From Eledone cirrhosa (Eukaryota): DNA of 64,000 bases. Location of the stretch: assembly GCA_964016885.1 (NCBI GenBank), contig OZ024741.1:109306001-109370000 (forward strand), given 5' to 3'. This document shows positions 54,212 to 64,000 of the stretch, piece after piece (the first letter of the stretch is position 1; each line of letters starts with the position of its first letter). Both the position numbers and the translations under genes were made by a program. The notes under the pieces were generated by a model that worked only from the letters and a program-made list of their open reading frames with translations, had not been told where the DNA came from and did no database searches.

Positions 54212-54217
<6 letters not shown>
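53701..54217. mobile_element. Near-perfect fold-back (~247-bp arms) carrying two inverted variant HHRs
   Basis: Arms 53701-53947 and 53970-54217 with about one mismatch; followed by (TA)n. Confidence 0.9.
54053..54142 (+). ncRNA. Type I HHR with U3-A8 covariant core and expanded stem II
   Basis: tcctc-TTGATAA-gtcggca...tgccac-GAAA-ctacgtag-TC-gagga; mirror copy at 53775-53864 (-). Confidence 0.78.
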
Positions 54218-54253
<36 letters not shown>

Positions 54254-54264
54254 TCACACACACG

Positions 54265-54355
<91 letters not shown>

Positions 54356-54539
54356 TTCGTTTTTGAATTTGTTTCTCATCTGAAAACGTGTGTTGAAACA
54401 GACATTGTTGTACTTTGGGAGGGTCATTATGCCAATAAAAACACACACACCTGTTAGTTAACACTTCAATTTCTTATACATTTCCGGTTGGTTGGTTCCA
54501 TAAACGGATAGTTGATTTTATATTGTCAAAACTCTAGAT

Positions 54540-55515
54540 ATATACGACAAATATATGCGACAACACGGAGGACCTCCTCACCACAATCAGTGAATGCAAC
54601 CTGTCTGGGGACCTAACAAGCTGTATAATAGGGTGTAGTATCTCTATACCCATCCACCGATGTTGCTTTTGCTGTGGAAAAATGCGTAGAAATGATCAGC
54701 GAGAGCGAGGTGGAATTCCGTAGGATAGATACCAGTGACCTGGGACTCCTACTTAAACTCACACACAATAAGAAGTATTTAGACACACATGACCTCAGAA
54801 GCCGTGCCCCACAAGGCCAGAAAGAAGCAGACCACCTAACATTACCGCAATGGCCAAGAAGATCCGCACAGAAAGATGGAGCGGGTGGACCAGAGCCATA
54901 TGGACCTGGAAAACCATATTGAATTGAAGAAAATGATCGCACATGCGGTGGGGGCCAGTATAAAACTAACCCTTAAGGAACATATGTTCAAGTTTATTGG
55001 TAGCCATTGGCGTTAGCATTGCAGGTGACATAGGTAACCTCTTTATGGTATGGTGGGACAGAAGACTTAAGGAACAATTAGACGGCAATTTTATAACACC
55101 GACTATGTACTCCCGCTACGTAGATGACATAAACATCGAATTAAAAACACCTCCACAGGAGAACAGTCAGGAATTATAGAAGAGCACCATGGAAAGCATC
55201 CAGCAAATAGCTAGCTCCATCTACCAGAGTATTAAAGTTACTATAGACTACCCAACTAAACACCCCTACCATAGATTAATCTTACTAGGCACAGAACTCT
55301 CGTTCGAAACTATTAGTAAATAGAACGCAAATTCTCCATTCGTATTATGTCAAACCCATGACCTCTAAATACCTGATACACCGAAACTCAGCTGTTTCGG
55401 ATCACAAAAAATTCAATCAATATACTGATTGCGGACTTAGTAAGAGTGAGGAACGTGTGCCGCATGTGCAACTCTAAAGAATTAGAGAGATACATACAAC
55501 ACTTCATCCACTGCA
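54540..55515 (+). mobile_element. Degenerate PLE reverse transcriptase fragment
   Basis: SLYPS; AIGVSIAGDIGNLFMVWWD; YSRYVDDINI; YYVKPMTS..LI.RNSA; LIADLVRV. Confidence 0.75.
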
Positions 55516-55563
55516 TATATACACACACAAGCACACACACACCACACACACCTATATATAAAT

Positions 55564-55688
<125 letters not shown>

Positions 55689-55971
55689 CAATTACATTCA
55701 TATATATGGATTAGCGTGAAGATGAACGTTTCTCGGATTCTTTTTGTTTATGTTTTACTGTATTTTTTAAATATTTATCTAATAGATTTCCCCATAATTC
55801 TTTTGGGAAGCCTTTTTGTTGTTGGTGAGAATTCGGTCAGTGTTTTTCTCACAGCCGTCAATTGTGACAGTAACATGGGATCTAAAGTGTTATCCAGCTC
55901 ATTCATGAAATATCAGTCACTTTCTTCTGAGTGTGTGTCTCTTTATCTAAATCCCGCGTGTATCTCTTTAA

Positions 55972-56190
55972 CCCTTTAGCATTTGCATTACTCTATATAT
56001 ACTATTGTATTTTCGTAGTAAATGCTTTACCCCACATAATTATCTCTCATAATATCGAATCTATGATTTTGATAATACTTACTTTGAGAACAATACCTTA
56101 ACGTCGGTATGAGTGGCTGGTTACAGCTGGTTTGAACAGAAAGAGCTGAGAGAATTCTGGCCAGATGTGGCCGGTTTAAATGCTAAAGGG
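55972..56190. mobile_element. piggyBac-type MITE
   Basis: TTAA|ccctttagcattt...aaatgctaaaggg|TTAA. Confidence 0.85.
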
Positions 56191-56385
56191 TTAAATATCT
56201 TTTCGTGTGTAGTGGCAGAGATAGCTTTATGAATACCTTTTGATATTTTGATTAACCTATTATATTTAGGATGCTGTAAGTTGATTTACACAAATGCAGG
56301 TGGAGAACACCATGTATATCGGGGCCGTTTTCATTAGTGATGACCATCGGAGGGCTGAATTGAGGGCAAGAATAGTTGGAGAATG

Positions 56386-59075
56386 TTTAGCAGTGTTAGT
56401 TATTGAGTAGTCGCCACTTTAACAGGGTAGATGATTGAAGGTCGTTAGTTGCCAGTGTGGTAAGTGATAGTATCCTCGTTGGATTATCTTGTTGACATAG
56501 ACGTGAGGGAAGGTCCCTCGATCTATTTACCATCTATTTACAATATTCCTTTCGTCAGGTCGCCAATTCCAGCAGCATGGATTAAAGATGTTATTGTGAC
56601 ACGAGTAACATAATAACGTCTTCAACAGCAGCAATTAGAGATGAAATGTCTGTTTATTTATATGGTTGAAGTTACAGATAAAAAGAGGTTACAAAAGGGA
56701 ATGTGCCATTGCGCCGTTAAGCCGGCGAGGCTTGGGGTGCAATATCTCCCTGCTACATTATGCGTGTTGCTGGCTCGAAGTTTCTGGTACAAGAGAGAGA
56801 TTCTTCAAATCTTCGCGGGGAATTTCTTCCTCGGGGCGCGTAGGGATACATCCTCTTCTACTGGCGCTGATTGGCTGAACTGAGCCAAATGACGCACAGA
56901 GAATGTATGTGAGCCCGCGGAATGTAGGTCACTACATCACCTCCGACCAGATTTTCAGCCGAAAATCGATAACGAAGAAACCAAGGACCCACATATTATT
57001 GAATCAGCAAGAACAAATGCTGAAAGCACATCAGTGAAAAAATAATTGAGCAGAAGGTTGCATGCAAGAACAAAAAATGAGGCGCTACGGGCCGTGTTGA
57101 GCCGCTGTGTCAAATGACCAGTTGTTTTGTTGTTTATACGTGACCGCCAAAGGTCTAACAAAAAACGGATAAAGTCTGACATGGGCGAAGTTGCTGTTCT
57201 TGCATTAAATGTTAATGGTAAGCGTTGTACCAGTAGCTGTGAACGAAGCTATTATGGTAGTTTACCAGTACTGGCGAGAAAATGATGGCCCCCCAGATGT
57301 ATTGTCGAATGTGCTGTGGAGCCAGGAAAAAATGGCTGGTTGCTTTGTAAAGAACAAAAGGCAAGTTTAATCTGTAGGTGGGTTGCAGTGTAAATTCCAT
57401 AATTCGGGCGAATCCACAGAAGTGGCCGAAATGTTGACAAGTCCAGTTCAATTTGTTGCTTTCCCAGCGAGTCGGGCAAAAACAACAATACGGATGGCCG
57501 TCATGGACGATCAGTGTGCAACGAGATGCGAAGCTGTTTGAGTTCAGCTGCAATTAGTATTCTCGTGTTGCGGTGACTGTTTGGATCTAGTGGATTAAGC
57601 TCTGTGAGCTGCTAGCATATGACAGCATCTCAACCAGGTGAAAAGGGACTCGCAGAATATTACGTTTGAAGAACATATACCAAGAACAACATGTTGCTGT
57701 GTGATAAAAAAAAATGTGTGCATATGCAGGCATGTAAAACAGCAAATAATGTGAATGAACAAAAACCATGAGCAAGCAAATAGCAAAAGAGCACAAAACA
57801 AGTAAATGCATTCTACAAAGAAATATGTGAATGTAACAAACTGATAATTCAAAGTCAATCTAGGGGAGCAGAGAAATTGCTCAATAAGTTCAAAGTTTTT
57901 CAAAGTCAAATAGTTCACACATCACCAGTGTACAGACACTAGTTCTATCTGAAAACTGAAAAAGAAGTTTGTTAATGCCGTTAGGGGTTAGATGTATGGT
58001 GTTTTTGTGAGATTTCGTGGCCATTTTCCCGTCCCGCCACACGGTTGTGTTGCTTATTGTTAAAGCAAAGTCAAAGAATCTTCTGTAGAGTAGGAGTCAC
58101 CAAATATGGCAGCCACGTCTGACGCCATAATGGTGAGAAAACTACTGTCTCAATTTCTCGAGTCCCTGTGGTAACGAGACAGAAGGTATGGTGGTTGCGT
58201 CGGTAAAGTTACAAGCCGTTTTGAAATTTCCGATGTGTGGTGGTTGGCGTCGGTAAGGTTATATAGCTGCCACTCACTGTTCCCTGTATTGGTCAGTGGT
58301 TAAACAACGCTGTCGCTGCTGCTGTCATTGTTGTTGTCAAGCATAGCCATGACATGTCGGTAGCCATCTTGAAATATTTTCGTGGCGAAAAAGTTTTTGA
58401 AATACTGCTAATTTTTCAAAAATCTTAAAAGGAATATTCTGGATTTTCGCAAGTTGCGACGTGGCAATAAAAGTTAAACTGAATGAATAAGAAGGGCTGC
58501 GTGATATTCTTACGTCGGTCACCACTTTAGCAGTGTTAGTTATTGAGTAGTCGCCACTTTAACAGGGTAGATGATTGAAGGTCGTTAGTTGCCAGTGTGG
58601 TAAGTGATAGTATCCTCGTTGGATTATCTTGTTGACATAGACGTGAGGGAAGGTCCCTCGATCTATTTACCATCTATTTACAATATTCCTTTCGTCAGGT
58701 CGCCAATTCCAGCAGCATGGATTAAAGATGTTATTGTGACACGAGTAACATAATAACGTCTTCAACAGCAGCAATTAGAGATGAAATGTCTGTTTATTTA
58801 TATGGTTGAAGTTACAGATAAAAAGAGGTTACAAAAGGGAATGTGCCATTGCGCCGTTAAGCCGGCGAGGCTTGGGTGCAATATCTCCCTGCTACATTAT
58901 GCGTGTTGCTGGCTCGAAGTTTCTAGTACAAGAGAGAGATTCTTCAAATCTTCGCGGGGAATTTCTTCCTCAGGGCGCGTAGGGATACATCCTCTTCTAC
59001 TGGCGCTGATTGGCTGAACTGAGCCAAATGACGCACAGAGAATGTATGTGAGCCCGCGGAATGTAGGTCACTACA
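56386..59075 (-). mobile_element. Non-autonomous LTR retroelement with ~550-bp near-identical LTRs
   Basis: LTRs 56386-56936 and 58526-59075 (about 3 differences); TSD aatg(t); PBS TGGTGACCGACGT (tRNA-Trp-like) at ~58512-58524 on - strand; 1.6-kb internal region without an intact ORF; flanks are RTE remnants. Confidence 0.9.
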
Positions 59076-59328
59076 AATGTATGGAGAAAGTGTGAGTAAT
59101 GACAAAATGTATACGATCGCAATAAAGAGCGGCCAAAATGAGATGCCTCCGTAGGGTCTTTGGAGTAATGTTAGTCAATAGGGTACGTAGTTCGGAGATG
59201 AGGGAGTCGCTTCAGGTAGAACGGTGGTGAGGAGTGATGGTGGCGATGGTGAAGGTGGGCTGTGGGTAGAGAAGAGAAGGAGGAGGAAGAGGGGGTGAGA
59301 ATGTAGGAGGAGGAGGAAAGGATGATGA

Positions 59329-59359
<31 letters not shown>

Positions 59360-59446
59360 AAGAAGAAGAAGAAGAAGAAGAAGAAGAAGAAGAAGAAGAA
59401 GAAGAAGAAGAAGAAGAAGAAGAAGAAGAAGAAGAAGAAGAAGAAG
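59329..59446. repeat. (GAA)n microsatellite
   Basis: Pure GAA run. Confidence 0.97.
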
Positions 59447-59719
59447 ATATAGTGAGCTTCATGACAGAAACTATTAAACTGTTAAGCTATGACAGCCACT
59501 ATTTGTTCGACTCACTAGATATAGCCTACATATTTTGTTCAAAATTGTTCGATACTCTGAAAAAGTTGTTTTTTGAATTAGCAAAACATTCCAGATATCA
59601 CATTAAATAATGTAATCCTAGATAAACTGTATCTCGAAGAAATGACAAGTTGATCATCCGCTGGAATGTATTCTATCATAGATATGTTTCATCGTGTTTC
59701 AGCTAGTGTTAAAAATAAG

Positions 59720-60172
59720 GGTTTCTGATTTAGGCACAAGGACATCAATTTGGGGAAGGGGAAAATCGATTAAATCGATCCCAGTACGTTACTGGTACTT
59801 TATTTTATCGACTCCATAAGGATGAAATGCTAGGGCAATAAATAAGTAAATAAAAATAAAATAAAGGAAAGAGTGAGAGAGAATCCAAGCAAACACCCAA
59901 TCATATCTAAAACAACTAGATCTGAAAGATTGGAATCTATGATGCGGGACGTAATAATGATTTCGACAATAGGCACAAGGCCAGCAATTTTGGGGAAGGG
60001 GAAAGTCGATTAAATCAATCCCAGTATATTAATGGTACTTAATTTCATCAACCTCGTAAAGATGAAAGGTAAAGCTAACCTTGATGGGATTTGAACTCTG
60101 AAGGTAAAAGGCTGTAACTCTATGTTGCGAAGCATGGTGTCAATAGCTCTATCGATTACTACCAATCCACCC
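59720..60172 (-). mobile_element. Two SINE copies (one truncated)
   Basis: aggcacaagg..ctggtactttattttatcgac..gatgaaa; ggatttgaactc..ccaatccacc. Confidence 0.8.
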
Positions 60173-60179
60173 CAAAATA

Positions 60180-62050
60180 TTAATAATAACAATAATGCTG
60201 TCGACAATAACAAGAACGTCAACAACAACAACAATGTCAACAACAACAACAATGTCAACAATAACAATGTCAGCAACAACAATGTCAACAACAACAATTT
60301 CTACAACAACAATGTCAACAACAGCTATATCAACAACAACAATGTCATCAACGTCAAGTATGTCAAAAACAACAACAGCTATATCAACAACAACAATATC
60401 ATCAACGTCAAGAATCACAAAAACAACAACAGCTATATCAACAACAACAATGTCATCAACGTCAAGAATGTCAAAAACAACAACAGCTATATCAACAACA
60501 ACAATGTCATCAACGTCAAGAATGTCAAAAACAACAACAGCTATATCAACAACAACAATATCATCAACGTCAAGTATGTCAAAAACAACAACAGCTATAT
60601 CAACAACAACAATATCATCAACGTCAAGAATGTCAAAAACAACAACAGCTATATCAACAACAACAATATCATCAACGTCAAGTATGTCAAAAACAACAAC
60701 AGCTATATCAACAACAACAATATCATCAACGTCAATAATGTCAATAACAACAACAGCTATATCAACAACAACAATATCATCAACGTCAAGAATGTCAAAA
60801 ACAACAACAGCTATATCAACAACAACAATATCATCAACGTCAAGAATGTCAAAAACAACAACAGTTATATCAACAACAACAATATCATCAACGTCAAGAA
60901 TGTCAATAACAACAACAGCTATATCAACAACAACAATGTCATCAACGTCAAGAATGTCAAAAACAACAACAGCTATATCAACAACAACAATGTCATCAAC
61001 GTCAAGAATGTCAAAAACAACAACAGCTTTATCAACAACAACAATATCATCAACGCCAAGAATGTCAAAAGCAACAACAGCTATATCAACAACAACAATG
61101 TCAACAACAGCTATATCAACAACAATATCATCAACGTCAAGAATGTCAAAAACAACAACAGCTATATAAACAACAACAATGTCATCAACGTCAAGAATGT
61201 CAAAAACAACAACAGCTATATAAACAACAACAATGTCATCAACGTCAAGAATGTCAAAAACAACAACAGCTATATCAACAACAACAATGTCATCAACGTC
61301 AAGTATGTCAAAAACAACAACAGCTATATAAACAACAACAATATCATCAACGTCAAGAATGTCAAAAACAACAACAGCTATATCAACAACAACAATATCA
61401 TCAACGTCAAGTATGTCAAAAACAACAACAGCTATATAAACAACAACAATATCATCAACGTCAAGAATGTCAAAAACAACAACAGCTATATAAACAACAA
61501 CAATATCATCAACGTCAAGAATGTCAAAAACAACAACAGCTATATCAACAACAACAATGTCATCAACGTCAAGTATGTCAAAAACAACAACAGCTATATA
61601 AACAACAACAATGTCATCAACGTCAAGTATGTCAAAAACAACAACAGCTATATAAACAACAACAATGTCATCAACGCCAAGAATGTCAAAAGCAACAACA
61701 GCTATATCAACAACAAAATAAAAAATTCTTCACAACAATATTGACAACTACAACAACAATGTCAACAGCAACAACTATGACAACAACAATATCAACAACA
61801 ACAACTATGACAACAGCAATGTCATCAACAATAACAATGTCATGAAGAACAACAATGCCAACAACAACAATGACAACAGCAACAATGACAACAACAGCAA
61901 TGACAACAACAACAATGACAACAGCAACAATGACAAGAACAACAATGACAACAACAACATTGACAAGAACAACAATGACAACAGCAACATTGACAAGAAC
62001 AATAATGACAACAACAATGACAACAGCAACAACAACGATGTCAACAACCA
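60180..62050 (+). repeat. AAC-rich minisatellite with a 54-bp higher-order unit
   Basis: Unit aacaacaacagctatatcaacaacaacaat(a/g)tcatcaacgtcaag(a/t)atgtcaaa repeated roughly 24 times (~60320-61715), flanked by looser AAC repeats. Confidence 0.93.
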
Positions 62051-62069
62051 CATCAACCTTATAGATATA

Positions 62070-62290
62070 TTTCTTTATTTTCCACAAGGGCGCACAAGAA
62101 AAGGGGACAATACAAAGACACATGCCGGGGATTTTACATACAGTCGTGTAAAAATATTGAAACAAACAATTATAACAATCGAAATCCCCAATAGGTGCCA
62201 CAAATGGGTTGATAGAACAACCCTCAACTTCAGGAGCGTGTTGTGCAAGTGCTCCTTTCTTCCTTTTGCTCTCTTCTCTAACCTACAAAG
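62070..62290 (-). mobile_element. 3' end of the L1/Tx1-like family
   Basis: atttctttatt..ccaca.ggg..caca..aa.gggga matches the 26286-26335 terminus. Confidence 0.6.
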
Positions 62291-63091
62291 ATCGTGGCGA
62301 GAGTACTACTGAAGCACACAATATTATCCACAAACGCACTACCTTGTACACGTGATTATGCTACACCAAACACAGATTACAGGCCAACAGAGACACAACC
62401 ACCAACCCACCACCATCACAACATCACACAACACATAGTCACACCAGATTCTGTCACAGACCACCACAACACCACACAACAGTCACACAATCTCACACAC
62501 AACACCCACCAACTTATATACGAACGAGTAAGTGCGTCTCGCCGCAAGTATTCCTATTTCTAGAAATAGTAGCCAAAGCCTGATAACATCACTATTTTCA
62601 ATACAGCCACCCTCACCATCAATACCACCATCGTCACCAATAGAACCACTTCCAGCACCAATACCACCATAATCACCAATACAAAACCACCCCCACCACA
62701 CCCACCAATTCCACCATCATCACCACCACCACCTTTACATCCCAGTATGACCACCACTATCACCAACCCCACATCCAACATTTTCATTAACACGACCGCG
62801 GCGAACACCGCTATGACCACCTCCAGAGCCAGGCCAAACCCAGTCACCACTATCTCTAACACCACCATCACCATCATGAACCCCATCACCACCACCACCA
62901 TCACCACAAACACTACCACCACTGCCACCTCCACCAACACCATCAGTATCTCAACCACAGCCGCCTTCACCACTACCACCAACAAAATATGTGTCAATAA
63001 GTTCACTGATGACTAAGTTGTAAGGAAGACGTTTGACAACAAAAGACTACCTCCTACTTCAGACGTCTCCTACCACAACACATCCAGTGAA

Positions 63092-63271
<180 letters not shown>

Positions 63272-63499
63272 TAATGATGGCAACAGCAGCAACTAGGCAA
63301 TTAATTATTCAGAGCACGACGATAGGTGTCGCTATTGTGTGGAAACAATCACGTGGTCAACAAGATGTTGTCATGTTGTGTTTTTCTCATGAATCAATTA
63401 CGAGGCGACGAGACAGGGCTTAATTTAGTTCTATTTCCTTACTTTTACAACGGTGAGAGTGATCGTTAAATACATGGTTAGTTGATGGTTAGTAATATC

Positions 63500-63720
63500 T
63501 GTGTGAAGGCTCAATGGTTTGAGGGTTGGATTCACAATCTTGAGGTTGTGAGATCGATTTCTGGACCAGCCGGTGCGTTGTGTCTTTCAACAAGACATTT
63601 TATTTTACCTTGTTCTAGTTCACGCAACTGGGAAATGAGTTGGGAGGTCAATGGCTAAGGGTACATGTGTCTGCTGAATGCTCAGTCACTTGCTCGTTAA
63701 ATCCATGAGCAGACTCTACC
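63500..63720 (+). mobile_element. Second tRNA-derived SINE family (diverged)
   Basis: ggctcaatggtttgagggttggattcacaatcttgaggttgtgagatcgatttc...gtgtctttcaacaagacatttt. Confidence 0.5.
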
Positions 63721-64000
63721 ATTATTCAAACAAATGAAACGTTCATTCTCTGAAATGATGCAGTACAAAACCACCTCTACCATCATCAGAAGGGTTAGTT
63801 TGAAGTCAAACATTGAGTACATACAGATAGGAGAGCTCTTAGTATGTTAGACTAAGAAATACTAGCTAGCTTTGTAACATGTGAAGGTAATCCCAGTTTT
63901 TTCTTCTTTTGTGTATCAAGAGAATCACAAAGAGTGTCTATACTTGTTCTTTTTTTACAGCGAGAATATAATTGAAAAAAAAAAGCCTGTAGTTATACAG

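Noticed and set aside
54376-54420. CTGAAAA...GAAAC HHR-like string
   Set aside because: C3-A8 mismatch, and no convincing stem I or II.
60320-61715. Regular repeat array as CRISPR-like
   Set aside because: Head-to-tail units without unique spacers, eukaryotic context, no cas genes.
62560-63016. Thr-rich or Val-rich mucin-like ORFs
   Set aside because: Degenerate (ACC)n repeat; open frames reflect composition.
63961-64000. Possible exon start after a ttttttacag acceptor (ENIIEKKKPVVIQ)
   Set aside because: Only 40 nt at the window edge; cannot be supported.

Overview
Gene-poor, AT-rich eukaryotic (animal) DNA made almost entirely of microsatellites ((TA)n, (CA)n, (CATA)n, (GATA)n, (GA)n, (GAA)n) and transposable elements. 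The repeat landscape resembles that of an octopod cephalopod (inference, not verified). No host protein-coding gene is clearly supported; most ORFs in the track are microsatellite artefacts. Elements I can support: a near-full-length Penelope-like element (PLE; RT plus C-terminal GIY-YIG, pseudo-LTRs, 12895-17270), a degenerate Naiad-type PLE, a third PLE RT fragment, R4/Dong-like RLE LINEs sitting in (CATA)n arrays, Tx1/L1-, RTE- and CRE-like LINE fragments, a young non-autonomous LTR element, a mariner remnant, MITEs (hAT, Tc/mariner, piggyBac), a non-autonomous Helitron and many tRNA-derived SINEs. The main hidden signal, found by folding by eye, is about 14 different families (over 20 copies) of type I hammerhead ribozyme (HHR) motifs. 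They lie in short non-coding elements embedded in (TA)n tracts, arranged as tandem, circularly permuted or fold-back units (PLE pseudo-LTR / retrozyme-like). Some have variant catalytic cores (U3-A8 covariation, U4A) or greatly expanded stem II. All folds are manual, no cleavage activity is demonstrated, and element boundaries are approximate unless a TSD or TIR is quoted.
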